The notes beneath the pieces are model-generated. The model was given only the letters and a program-made list of their open reading frames with translations. It was not told the DNA's origin and made no database searches. A stretch of 64,000 nucleotides of DNA from Gemmatimonadota bacterium. GTDB taxonomy: Bacteria; Gemmatimonadota; Gemmatimonadetes; Gemmatimonadales; GWC2-71-9. Every line of letters begins with the position of its first letter. Position 1 is the stretch's first letter. Below are positions 21,472-30,991 of this stretch, piece after piece. The position numbers were made by a program, and so were the translations under genes. The stretch spans positions 639-64,638 of the forward strand of contig JADFPO010000004.1 in NCBI GenBank assembly GCA_022562295.1, written 5' to 3'.

Positions 21472-22460
21472 CGCTCCGCCTTCAAATCGCGCTCCATCAG
21501 ATCCTGAATGGCCGTTTGGAGTGCCTTCCCGTGGAAGAGTATCTGTTCGACTTCGGTTGCGATCGGCAGCTCGACTCCGGTCGCGGCGCCGAGTTCGACG
21601 GCGACCCGGGCGGTATTGACGCCCTCAGCCACACTCTGACGCTCGGAGAGTATATCCTCGAGCGTCCTTCCTTCGGCAAGCTCTATTCCGAGTGTGCGGT
21701 TACGGCTCAGCGCGCCCGTCGCGGTAAGCATAAGGTCTCCCATCCCAGCCAGTCCCGCAAAAGTGTGCGGGTCGGCTCCCAGCTCTTCACCCAGCCGCGC
21801 GGTTTCCGCCAGCCCCCTGGTAATGAGCGCCGCTCGCGGATTATGGCCAAGGTGCAAGCCATCCAACATGCCAGCCGCGATCGCCACGACATTCTTGAGG
21901 GCTCCAGCCAGCTGTACGCCAACCGCGTCGGGGCTCGTATAGACCCGAAAATACGAGTTGGAAAACGCTCGCTGGACGACTTCCGCGGCGATTAGGTCGT
22001 GTGACGCCGCAACGACGGCTGTGGGCCTGCGTTGGAAGACTTCTTTGGCAAAACTGGGGCCCGACAACGCAACGATCGCACTTTGAGGAACCAGTTCCTC
22101 CCACACGCGGGTCATGGTATGGTGGCTCACGGGCTCGAGACCCTTGGTGACGCTAACCAACAACGGTTTCTCGCTCCCGACTGCGCTTGCCACCACCTCG
22201 CCAACGCCCCGCACGGCATGAGACGGAGTAGCCGACACCAGAACCTCGGCTCCTTCGACAACATCGCCGATCTCGCCGTATGCCTCGATACCTTTGTGGA
22301 GGCGGCAATCCGGCAAGAAAACGCAGTTCACGCGATCTTGCTTGATTCCACTTACCACCTCTGGCTCGCGGGCCCAGATCCGCACGTCGTGGCCGTTCTT
22401 GGCCAACATATCGGCCAGTGTGGTCCCCCAGCTTCCCGCCCCAATCACGCCGATCCGCAT
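21462..22460 (-). CDS. gpsA: NAD(P)H-dependent glycerol-3-phosphate dehydrogenase
   Basis: MRIGVIGAGSWGTTLA Rossmann start at ATG 22460 (ATGA overlap with the plsY stop), and GLAGMGDLMLT. The upstream 123 codons of the track ORF are overlap junk. Confidence 0.9.
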   Translation of the reverse strand: MRIGVIGAGSWGTTLADMLAKNGHDVRIWAREPEVVSGIKQDRVNCVFLPDCRLHKGIEAYGEIGDVVEGAEVLVSATPSHAVRGVGEVVASAVGSEKPLLVSVTKGLEPVSHHTMTRVWEELVPQSAIVALSGPSFAKEVFQRRPTAVVAASHDLIAAEVVQRAFSNSYFRVYTSPDAVGVQLAGALKNVVAIAAGMLDGLHLGHNPRAALITRGLAETARLGEELGADPHTFAGLAGMGDLMLTATGALSRNRTLGIELAEGRTLEDILSERQSVAEGVNTARVAVELGAATGVELPIATEVEQILFHGKALQTAIQDLMERDLKAERWR

Positions 22461-23080
22461 CAGGCCTCCCGCCGCTTTCTTCCGAAGCGTGATTCGGTAC
22501 CCGAGAACAAGCGTCGGATATTGGATCGGTGCGTGAAGACGATGAACGCGGCCAGCGACGCACCGGCGGCCAAGAGCGGGGTGTTCTGGGGCGCGAGCAC
22601 CGAGACTGCGATCGGGAACGCCAGAGCGCCGGAAATCGACGCCAGTGACATGAACCCCGTCACTCCCAGAATCAACGCCCATACACCCACGCTCACGGCG
22701 GTCACCACGGGCGCCACCCCAAACACGACACCCGCCGCCGTCGCAACACCTTTCCCCCCCCTGAATTTCAGGTAGATCGGAAAGACATGACCCAATACCG
22801 CGCTGATCCCTACGACAAGCGGGAACCAATCCCCGCCGTCGACCCGAGTAGCGACAACTACCACGGGAACAAACCCCTTGGCCATATCGAAAACCCCGAC
22901 CGGTACAGCATACTTCCAGCCCAGCACTCGGTAGAGATTGGTCGCTCCGAGGTTCTTGCTGCCGAGTTGTCGCAAATCGATCCCGGCCCCATACTTCGCG
23001 GCGAGAAAACTGGTAGGGATTCCACCGATGAAGTATGCGAGGCCCAGTACGCCGAGTGCGAACACCAGCGAAACACTCAT
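22460..23080 (-). CDS. plsY: Glycerol-3-phosphate acyltransferase PlsY
   Basis: GSKNLGATN, and HVFPIYLKFRGGKGVAT. Polytopic, 206 aa. Confidence 0.9.
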   Translation of the reverse strand: MSVSLVFALGVLGLAYFIGGIPTSFLAAKYGAGIDLRQLGSKNLGATNLYRVLGWKYAVPVGVFDMAKGFVPVVVVATRVDGGDWFPLVVGISAVLGHVFPIYLKFRGGKGVATAAGVVFGVAPVVTAVSVGVWALILGVTGFMSLASISGALAFPIAVSVLAPQNTPLLAAGASLAAFIVFTHRSNIRRLFSGTESRFGRKRREA

Positions 23081-24414
23081 CCCCGCCCCCGCCTGAGCGT
23101 CAGCTTCAAGCGAATCGGCGAGCCCTCGAAACCCCAGGCATCGTAGAATCCGTTCACCAGGTAGCGCTGATAGGACTCTAGAATCGCATCGGGCCGATTT
23201 GACACAATGGCAAAGGTCGGAGGCGCGGTGCCAATTTGGGACGCATACAACAACTTCACTTCCCTTCCGGCGGCCTGCGGTGGCTGCGCCCGCGCCACCA
23301 ATCGTTCGAGCACACGGTTGACTTCAGACGTATCGATTCGGCGTCGTCTCTCCTCGTCGACCCGCAGAATCAGGTCGAGAATCTTTCGGGCCCTGAAACC
23401 CGTGAGGGCCGACGTGTACACGAATGGGACCCGTTTGAAGAAGGGCACACGCTCCCAGAGATCCCTTCTCCCGCGCTCTGCCGTGGCCGTCTCCTTGTCG
23501 GCCACGAGGTCCCATTTGTTTACGGCCACGACCAACCCCCTGCCCCCCTCCCACGCTTTCTGAGCCACCCGGATATCCTGGCCGTGAACGCCATCGGCCG
23601 CATCCACCACCAACACGCACACCTGCGCTCGGTCAATCGCGCGCTCAGCCCTGAGTGCCGAGTAGAACTCGACATCATCTTTTACTTTCGGTCGTCTCCG
23701 TAAACCCGCAGTATCAATGAAGTTGAGCGTTTGTCCATGGTACCGCAAGGGGGAATCGATCGCGTCCCTGGTGGTGCCTGGCTGTGGGGTTACTATGGAC
23801 CGTTCGGACCCCACCAAACGGTTCACCAAGCTCGACTTGCCCACGTTGGGCCTGCCGACGACGGCCACGTCGACCGTCTCCTCGTCGGCTTCGGCGCCTT
23901 CGTGAGAAAGCAGCTCGGCTATGCGATCCAGCAGATCCCCGCTTCCCTTGCCCGTCGCCGCGGACACAGCAACGGGCTCACCGATTCCCAATTCATGGAA
24001 GGCATGATGGGTGTACACGTCCGGCAAATCGTCGGCCTTGTTCGCGGCCAGCACCACCCGGTGTTTTACGGCCCTGAGGATTTCAGCCACCTCGAGATCG
24101 GCTGGGTGGACTCCGGCTTGGGTATCCACAACCAGTACGATCACCTCGGCATCGTCGATGGCCAGCGACACCTGCTCGCGAATTCCGCGTGCGATGGGAT
24201 CGTCGTCCCCAACGATCCAGCCCCCCGTATCCACCAACCAAAAGGAACGCCCCGCCCACTCGCCACGCGCAAAGTGACGATCTCGGGTCACGCCAGGACT
24301 ATGGTGCACAATCGCGCGGCGCCCTCCGATGATCCGGTTGAACAACGTGGACTTTCCCACGTTGGGTCTCCCGACGATGGCCACCGTGGGCCGGCTCAAC
24401 CCACCTCCCCACAC
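23077..24414 (-). CDS. der: Ribosome-associated GTPase Der (EngA)
   Basis: Two tandem G domains (GRPNVGKST ... DTGG ... NKAD, then GRPNVGKSS ... DTAG ... NKWD) plus a KH-like C-terminus. Confidence 0.9.
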   Translation of the reverse strand: MWGGGLSRPTVAIVGRPNVGKSTLFNRIIGGRRAIVHHSPGVTRDRHFARGEWAGRSFWLVDTGGWIVGDDDPIARGIREQVSLAIDDAEVIVLVVDTQAGVHPADLEVAEILRAVKHRVVLAANKADDLPDVYTHHAFHELGIGEPVAVSAATGKGSGDLLDRIAELLSHEGAEADEETVDVAVVGRPNVGKSSLVNRLVGSERSIVTPQPGTTRDAIDSPLRYHGQTLNFIDTAGLRRRPKVKDDVEFYSALRAERAIDRAQVCVLVVDAADGVHGQDIRVAQKAWEGGRGLVVAVNKWDLVADKETATAERGRRDLWERVPFFKRVPFVYTSALTGFRARKILDLILRVDEERRRRIDTSEVNRVLERLVARAQPPQAAGREVKLLYASQIGTAPPTFAIVSNRPDAILESYQRYLVNGFYDAWGFEGSPIRLKLTLRRGRG

Positions 24415-25670
24415 AGCACGTCAGCGAAATTGTACGAGCAACGCACGTCAGCCGGTACCGCGGCCACGAGGGTTTCGAGCGGCATGTCGTCAATAAACCG
24501 GCGGTCGTCATTCAGCGACTCGGCAGGAAGCAGGACGATGTCGATGTCCTGGCGATGCTCGAGGGCCCGCAACATGCTCTCACCGGGCAGCAGCCCGGCC
24601 GTCGTAACGCGCGGGCCGAACAAGTCGTTCTCTACGACGAGGATATCGAAAGACCCGTGCGTGTGCTCCTCCAGCCGCGAAGTGATCAACGGCATGAGCT
24701 GCCCCATGCCAGCACCGGTGACGACCACTATCTGTTGGCCCCCTAGATTCGGGAGCGTGGGAGCCGCGTCGTCGATAATCCCTTGGAGGAATCGCACGCT
24801 GCCTACCCCGTTCTCGACCTGCTGGAAATCGCCGTACGCGTCGTACTCGGGTAGCGGAAGTTGTGCGCGGATGTAGAGTTCATCGGACCCGAACGCCCAC
24901 CGCTCCCCGCGCTCTTCGAGCGACCGGACCTGAATCGTGCTGACGGTCTCGACCGCCTGCCGCGACTCCTCACGCGATGATTCGCGAACCAGCGTGTGTT
25001 TGCTAAACTCCGTCAACCCCACCGGCACTACCGACACGGACAGGATTGGGTCTCCCATTGCGTACAGATCATTGAGACTTTGCACCAGGACGGGTCCATC
25101 GTTCAATCCCGGTTGCAGCACGATCTGTGTATGGAACTGGATCCCGCCTTCGGCAAACATCTGGAGTTGTTCCACGATCGCCGGCGCCCGCGGATTCCGC
25201 AGTAGTCTTCTTCGCGTCACGGGATCGGTGGCGTGCACCGATACGTACAGGGGGGAGAGCCGGTACTCGAGGATCCGGCGTACGTCGGAATCCTTGAGGT
25301 TGGTGAGGGTCGCGAAGTTGCCGTGCCGAAAGGAGAGACGATAATCGTCGTCCCGCACGTAGAGATTTTGCCGCAGTCCGGTGGGTAGTCCGTCCACGAA
25401 ACAGAAGTCGCACCGGTTGCCGCACCGTCTGATGCGCGGCGGCTCGAATTCGAGGCCCATGGGATACCCCTCAGGGCGCTCGATGTCGAATATGACTGCG
25501 TCTCCATTGGGGAGGCGCGCCTCGACCTCGAACTGATCGTCCGCGGTCAGAAACTCCCAGTCGAGAAAATCGGTCAATTCCCGACCGTTGACCGCCAGCA
25601 ACTCAGTGCCGGGCGTCAGTCCGAGATCATCACCAATCGAATCGGGTGCAACGGATAAAACACGTATCAT
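24396..25670 (-). CDS. PDZ + DUF512 protein (radical-SAM-like, TIGR03279-type)
   Basis: An N-terminal PDZ-like segment, a Cys cluster RRCGNRCDFCFVDG, and a C-terminal DUF512-like region. Confidence 0.7.
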   Translation of the reverse strand: MIRVLSVAPDSIGDDLGLTPGTELLAVNGRELTDFLDWEFLTADDQFEVEARLPNGDAVIFDIERPEGYPMGLEFEPPRIRRCGNRCDFCFVDGLPTGLRQNLYVRDDDYRLSFRHGNFATLTNLKDSDVRRILEYRLSPLYVSVHATDPVTRRRLLRNPRAPAIVEQLQMFAEGGIQFHTQIVLQPGLNDGPVLVQSLNDLYAMGDPILSVSVVPVGLTEFSKHTLVRESSREESRQAVETVSTIQVRSLEERGERWAFGSDELYIRAQLPLPEYDAYGDFQQVENGVGSVRFLQGIIDDAAPTLPNLGGQQIVVVTGAGMGQLMPLITSRLEEHTHGSFDILVVENDLFGPRVTTAGLLPGESMLRALEHRQDIDIVLLPAESLNDDRRFIDDMPLETLVAAVPADVRCSYNFADVLCGEVG

Positions 25671-25776
25671 GGCAAACGACTGCGTTAAGCATCCTTACAT
25701 TGGTCGGGTCGCCCGGCTGAACCTAACGAGGCGCCGGGTTCGCGCGCCACTTCGCTGATCCAGCGGGGATAGCGGG

Positions 25777-26175
25777 CTAGGAACCCCCGTTGTGCGCTGC
25801 TTTGGCGGTTAGGCTGCGATGGCATCCCTTACACGTGACCGTGTGCGGTGGTTCCCAACGCCCGACCAACCCGAAATCCTGCTTTAGTCCGCAATCGGGA
25901 CACGATCCCGTCATCGATTCTGTGATCTCCCGCGCTCCCAACTTGGAGCGGAACAGAACCACTCCGGCGATGACGAATCCCGGCACCAACAAAAAATGGG
26001 CCACCGGGATGAAAAACCCAACGAGTGCTCCGGTCCACGCCAACGCGAGTCCCTTCCACGCGTGTACCAGCCGCTCCGCGCGGTCGAAAGATCTGACATC
26101 GACTACGCCAGCGGTCGCTTGGTCGGAGTAGCCCGTCAGCACCAACCGTTGCCGGCGGATCCTTCCATCGGTCAT
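25777..26175 (-). CDS. Hypothetical membrane protein with a C-terminal CxxC...CxxC zinc ribbon
   Basis: 132 aa with two hydrophobic helices, then CPDCG ... CKGCH. Confidence 0.45.
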   Translation of the reverse strand: MTDGRIRRQRLVLTGYSDQATAGVVDVRSFDRAERLVHAWKGLALAWTGALVGFFIPVAHFLLVPGFVIAGVVLFRSKLGAREITESMTGSCPDCGLKQDFGLVGRWEPPHTVTCKGCHRSLTAKAAHNGGS

Positions 26176-26193
26176 ACGCGGTGCGGCCCAGTC

Positions 26194-26224
26194 GAAAAAC
26201 GAAAACGCCGGCTCGATAGCCGGC
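26194..26224 (-). terminator. Rho-independent terminator downstream of tRNA-Gly
   Basis: On the minus strand: GCCGGCT-ATCG-AGCCGGC (7-bp stem, 26207-26224) followed by GTTTTCGTTTTTC (26194-26206). Confidence 0.6.
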
Positions 26225-26241
26225 GCCCGACGGCAAAAGAG

Positions 26242-26313
<72 letters not shown>

Positions 26314-26395
26314 AAGTTCCCGGTGGTCAACGACTTAGCTGAGTTACGTAAAGTTACGCCGTTCGTGGGCGAAAACAAGCCGATCGCAACGATCC

Positions 26396-27826
26396 TCAAT
26401 CGCGGTTGAGGCGATAACGCCAGGCCTGAATGCCTTCGCCAACTAGATCGAATTGGAAGGAGCCCGCCTCCTCGGGATCGAGCGTATCGCCGCCGAATGT
26501 CTCCGACTCGATCACCTTCCCCTCTGCATCGACGAATTCCATGATCAGGCCAGGTATGGTGAGTGGGTCTTCCATGAGGTTCGTAACTTCCCCTCGGAGC
26601 TGGTACCCGTTCGCCGACGGCTGGAATTGCTCGACCGTGACTTCGTACGGCAGCATTTCGATGCGCTCGAGCCACGCCATCGTGGAATCTTGGTCGCCGG
26701 TCATTTGGTAGGCCGCGGCCAACAGCCGCATCGACGATTCGTTGAAGGGATCGATTTTTGTGAGACGCTTCGCCGCGGCCAACATCTCTACAGACGCCTC
26801 CTGCCGCACCTCCATCTCTTCTGGAGTTGGTTCCGTTCCTTCCGGTTCGTCGGACGGATTGGCAATCCCAAAATAGCTCTGAGTCAAATTGAACAACCCG
26901 TCGCGGTAATACGGGTTCTTTTCCAGACCCAGATTGAAGGCCCGAATGGCGCGCTCGAACCTCTCGTATCGGAAGAGGGATACGCCGGTGCTGAACAAAT
27001 CGAGTGCGGTGACGACGTCGGCGTGTGCCATCACGGTGTCGTGGGCAGTAACTGCCTCCCCTATGCGGCCCGCGGCCTCGAGCACGGTGGCGAGCCCCGT
27101 AATCGCATCTCGATCGTCGGGCACGACGACCCGATAACGCGCATACCACACCGCGGCAGAATCCCATTGTTGCGACATGTGATGGAGTCGGCCCGCATTG
27201 AACAGCGAGATCAAGTAGGCTTCCTCGTATTCGCCCTCGGACTGCCCCATCTCCACCATCTTTTTGAACAGACCAACGGCTTCCTGAATGTTCTGCTCCT
27301 GCAACCTGATACTGGCCAGGTAATACGGAATGAACGGTTCCGTAGTTGCAATCTTGTTGGCCTCCGCAAGCGCGGTCGCCGCCGCTTCGGCGTCTCCGTC
27401 TTGCATGGCGGTGATCCCATCGTTGTACAGCGGCACCCATGCGAAGCGGCGGTGCGTGTCGATGTCCGAGGCGCAGTCAGGAGCGAGCGCCTCCGCTCGT
27501 CTGAACGCCGAGTCCGCTCCTGCCAGATCGGACGTCAGCGTGTAATTGCGGCCCAGGAAATACCACACGGATGCGTTGCCCTCTTCCCCCGCTTCCAAAG
27601 CATCGAGAAGTACGCGATGTGCATCCTGGACCGCGCCATCCCTCTGCTCCGGCGAGCGAGCCTCCGTACCAGCCTTCACATACAGAGCTGCATTCCGGAC
27701 CAGAAAATGCTGCATGTCGAGCTCGCAGTCCGGTGGGATATAAAGGTTCAAACCCTGAGCGGCAGCGATGTCCGCCGAGCCCGCAAGGGCCGCCACCGTG
27801 ACGCTCACCAAGACCATTCGCTTCAT
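26396..27826 (-). CDS. Exported tetratricopeptide-repeat protein
   Basis: The start is ATG 27826 (MKRMVLVSVTVAALAGSADIAAAQG signal peptide). Multiple TPR-like repeats. The track ORF extends spuriously to 28351. Confidence 0.7.
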   Translation of the reverse strand: MKRMVLVSVTVAALAGSADIAAAQGLNLYIPPDCELDMQHFLVRNAALYVKAGTEARSPEQRDGAVQDAHRVLLDALEAGEEGNASVWYFLGRNYTLTSDLAGADSAFRRAEALAPDCASDIDTHRRFAWVPLYNDGITAMQDGDAEAAATALAEANKIATTEPFIPYYLASIRLQEQNIQEAVGLFKKMVEMGQSEGEYEEAYLISLFNAGRLHHMSQQWDSAAVWYARYRVVVPDDRDAITGLATVLEAAGRIGEAVTAHDTVMAHADVVTALDLFSTGVSLFRYERFERAIRAFNLGLEKNPYYRDGLFNLTQSYFGIANPSDEPEGTEPTPEEMEVRQEASVEMLAAAKRLTKIDPFNESSMRLLAAAYQMTGDQDSTMAWLERIEMLPYEVTVEQFQPSANGYQLRGEVTNLMEDPLTIPGLIMEFVDAEGKVIESETFGGDTLDPEEAGSFQFDLVGEGIQAWRYRLNRD

Positions 27827-27966
27827 GTCGTCCGAAACCCTCCGTTTCCGTGTGGTGCCGGCGCCAGGCTTTCCTCCGGCCCCGCGCTGCAGTCTTCGTG
27901 ATACCCTTCGATAAGCATTTAGTGCGGGTACAATGCGCCGCGCACAAGCGTTAATTATCGCCCGTT

Positions 27967-29112
27967 TTAGTGATAAAGCCAACCGGCCCCGGTATTGAAG
28001 AGCACCACCGAATGCTCCGACTCGATAACCCCGTCGGCGGTCAATCGCTCCAGGGCTGCCAGCGCCGCCCCACCCTCCGGGCAGGCATCGATCCCCTCTT
28101 GCTCGGCCAACCGCCGCGCCGCGTCTTCGAGCTGCGCGTCGGTGACGGAAAGCGCCACCCCACCGCACTCGCGGAGCGCGCGCAACATCAACTTGCCCCC
28201 GATCGGATTGGGCACACGCAAGCCGCTCGCCACCGTCTTGGGGTCCGGCCAGGCTTCGGTCGACGCTGCTCCGTCGTTGAAAGCCCGGACGACGGGGGCG
28301 CACCCCGTTGCCTGAACGCTGAACAGGCGCGGAAGCTTGCCGGTAACCCACCCCGCGTCACGCAACTCGTTGAAAGCCTTCCACATGCCGATGAGGCCAG
28401 TGCCACCACCGGTGGGGTAGATGATGCAATCCGGCAGCCGCCACCCGAGTTGCTCGGCGACCTCTATCCCCATCGTCTTCTTGCCCTCGATACGGTACGG
28501 CTCCCGCAGCGTGGAGACGTCGAACGCACCGGTTTCCGCCGCGAACGCGCGGGCTGCTTTCCCACAATCCCCAATGTGGCCGTCCAACAGGTGCAACTCA
28601 GCCCCGAAAAGCCTGATTTGCTCCTTGATTCTCGGCGGTGTTTCTTCCGGCGCGTAGATCCGTACCTTCGCCCCTGCGCGCGACCCGTACGCGGATAACG
28701 CCACTCCGGCGTTGCCGGCGGTTGGCGCAGTGAACGATTCGACTCCCGCCATCACCGCCCGGGTCACCGCCGCGGACATGCCGCGGGACTTGAACGAGCC
28801 GCACGGATTCTGCCCCTCGTCCTTCACCCACACGGTGTCGAGCCCCAGCGCTCTCTCGATACTCGGAGCCCGAAGCATCGGCGTACCCCCTTCACCGAGG
28901 GAGACGGGATCTTCGTCGGATCCGATCGGCAGCCACTCCCGATAGCGCCACATATCCCATGCTCGCGTGCCGAGCAACGCTTTGTCTTCGACTCGGGGAA
29001 CGCTGCTGTAGCGAACCAGCCACGGCTCTCCTACCGACGACACCGTGGGCAAACCGGACGCATCGTGCTCTTCACCCGATGCCGAGCAAATCAATGACCA
29101 AGCAAAAGTCAT
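27967..29112 (-). CDS. thrC: Threonine synthase (PLP-dependent, short form)
   Basis: GEGGTPMLRAP ... VKDEGQNPCGSFKSRG (PLP-Lys motif) ... GNAG ... PTGGGTGLIG. Confidence 0.75.
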   Translation of the reverse strand: MTFAWSLICSASGEEHDASGLPTVSSVGEPWLVRYSSVPRVEDKALLGTRAWDMWRYREWLPIGSDEDPVSLGEGGTPMLRAPSIERALGLDTVWVKDEGQNPCGSFKSRGMSAAVTRAVMAGVESFTAPTAGNAGVALSAYGSRAGAKVRIYAPEETPPRIKEQIRLFGAELHLLDGHIGDCGKAARAFAAETGAFDVSTLREPYRIEGKKTMGIEVAEQLGWRLPDCIIYPTGGGTGLIGMWKAFNELRDAGWVTGKLPRLFSVQATGCAPVVRAFNDGAASTEAWPDPKTVASGLRVPNPIGGKLMLRALRECGGVALSVTDAQLEDAARRLAEQEGIDACPEGGAALAALERLTADGVIESEHSVVLFNTGAGWLYH

Positions 29113-30932
29113 GTCTTCAAGTGATTGATAACTCTTTCGGCCAAGCGAATCGAAAATCCCGGCAATGCCGCGATCTCCTCGGGCGTGGCCAACCGCACTC
29201 CGGCCAGGCTGCCGAATTGGTTCAGCAGAGCCCTTCGGCGCGACGTCCCGACGCCCCGGATGTTCAACAGTGCCGACGTGATGGTTCTCGCTGAGCGCCT
29301 CTTGCGACTGTACGTGACCGCGAACCGATGCGCTTCGTCTCGGGCGCGCTGAAGAAGTTTCAACGAAGGCGCGCGGCGGGGAAGTTGTAGGCTCTTCTCG
29401 CGGTCGGGAAGAAAGACATGCTCTTCGCGTTTGGCAAGGCTCGCGAGGGAAAGTCCTTCGATGCCCTGTTCCGCCAGCGCGTCCCTGGCCGCGTTCAACT
29501 GCCCCCGCCCCCCATCGATCACTATCAAATCAGGCAGCGGTTTTTCCTCCGACACCCGCCTCGTCACGAACCTCGTAACGACCTCCCGAATGGCCGCGAA
29601 GTCGTCCTGCTGCGCATCTTCGCCCTTGATGCGAAATCGGCGATACTCACTCTTCTTTGGCCGGCCACCCTCGAACCACACCAACGAACCAACCGTGTCC
29701 CGCCCCTGGTTGGTCGAAATGTCGATGCACGCGAAGTTGCGGGGGACCACGGCCATGCCAAGGTCCCGTCCCAATGCATACACCGGATCTTCAGCGCGCT
29801 CGTCGGTCTCGAACGACTCTATCTTCAGACTCTCCAGCAGGTGACGCGCGTTTTGGTCCGCGAGGTCGACCAACCGCCGGTTCACCCCGCGGTGGGGTAT
29901 CGACCATTTTACCTCCGGCACCAACGCTTCGATCCTGTCAAAATCGGCGGGCTGGAACGGCAGCATGGCCCGGCGTCCTTTCGCCTCGGCAACGACATAG
30001 TAGCGCACCAGGAACGCGCTCAAGATCCCCTCGTCGGACTCCTCCGACAGATTGAGAAGGAACCGATGGTCCACGGCGATGACCTTCCCGCTCCGCACCC
30101 GGAGAATGACGCCCACCGCGTCGTCGCCGTCGCGAGCGTAGCCAATCGCGTCCGCATCGCCGCCCCCCACCGTCTCCATGGTCTGGGGCTGTTCCAATTG
30201 CTCCAACCAGCGGATGGAGTTTCGAACTTCGGCGGCCGTCTCGTAATCCAGGCGCTCCGACGCTTCTTCCATGCGCCGGCGAAGATTGGTCCGCACCTCG
30301 ATGGTCTTCCCCTCCAAGAACCGGATGACCTCATCGATCATGCGACGATACTCTTCCTCGTTCTGGAGGCCCACACACGGTGCATGACAGCGATTGATTT
30401 GGTAATCCAGGCACGGTCGGTCGGGCCGATCCTCCGGCAGCCCGTAATGACAGGATCGTACCGCGAAGATGCGTCGGACCACGCGCAGGGTCTTCCGAAG
30501 CACACGCACGTCGGTATACGGCCCAAAAAACCGAGCACCCGGAACATCCAGCCGCCGCACCACCAATACTCTCGGGAATCGCTCCCCAAGCGTCACCGCG
30601 ATACGCGGATAACTCTTGTCGTCCCGCAACGCGATGTTGAATCGAGGTGCGTACTCTTTGATGAGGTTGTTTTCCAAGAGTAGTGCTTGAGCCTCGTTCG
30701 GCGCGACGATCGTGTCGAGGTCGGCGATGCGGCGGATCAACAGTCGATGTTTGGGGTGATCGTCGTGGTCGGAGGCGAAGTACTGGCGCGTGCGAGCGCG
30801 AAGCCGTTTGGCTTTCCCCACGTACAGCACTCGGCCCTCCTTATCCTTCCACAGGTACACGCCGGGACTGTTCGGGAGCGCGGAGATCTTCCGAGCGACT
30901 CTATCAGGTGGTTCGATTGGCATGCGATGCAA
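29109..30932 (-). CDS. uvrC: Excinuclease ABC subunit C
   Basis: GIY-YIG N-terminus (GVYLWKDKEGRVLYVGKAKRLRAR), a UVR motif, and a C-terminal HhH (LLNIRGVGTSRRRALL). Confidence 0.9.
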   Translation of the reverse strand: MHRMPIEPPDRVARKISALPNSPGVYLWKDKEGRVLYVGKAKRLRARTRQYFASDHDDHPKHRLLIRRIADLDTIVAPNEAQALLLENNLIKEYAPRFNIALRDDKSYPRIAVTLGERFPRVLVVRRLDVPGARFFGPYTDVRVLRKTLRVVRRIFAVRSCHYGLPEDRPDRPCLDYQINRCHAPCVGLQNEEEYRRMIDEVIRFLEGKTIEVRTNLRRRMEEASERLDYETAAEVRNSIRWLEQLEQPQTMETVGGGDADAIGYARDGDDAVGVILRVRSGKVIAVDHRFLLNLSEESDEGILSAFLVRYYVVAEAKGRRAMLPFQPADFDRIEALVPEVKWSIPHRGVNRRLVDLADQNARHLLESLKIESFETDERAEDPVYALGRDLGMAVVPRNFACIDISTNQGRDTVGSLVWFEGGRPKKSEYRRFRIKGEDAQQDDFAAIREVVTRFVTRRVSEEKPLPDLIVIDGGRGQLNAARDALAEQGIEGLSLASLAKREEHVFLPDREKSLQLPRRAPSLKLLQRARDEAHRFAVTYSRKRRSARTITSALLNIRGVGTSRRRALLNQFGSLAGVRLATPEEIAALPGFSIRLAERVINHLKT

Positions 30933-30991
30933 GGCACATTGCGAGAGAACTCGGTTGTTGCCGGAGGCGTCGGGCCATGGCCATTTCCCGT

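Noticed and set aside
26453-27901. 482-aa plus-strand ORF, plus the 378-aa minus-strand ORF at 26304..27440
   Set aside because: They are antisense or alternative frames of the TPR protein gene. Both are Arg/His/Gly-rich with no motifs, which is typical of high-GC shadow ORFs.
27827-28351. Upstream extension of the TPR-protein ORF. The same pattern occurs at 22461..22829 (gpsA), 38808..39251 (lpxB), 37040..37183 (lpxK) and 20377..20529 (pcm).
   Set aside because: The extensions overlap the upstream genes, are Arg-rich, and are followed by internal starts that give canonical N-termini (a signal peptide, a Rossmann GxGxxG, and so on).
29418-30683. 421-aa plus-strand ORF
   Set aside because: Antisense to uvrC, which has unambiguous GIY-YIG/UVR/HhH motifs. 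The composition is Arg/Pro/His-rich.
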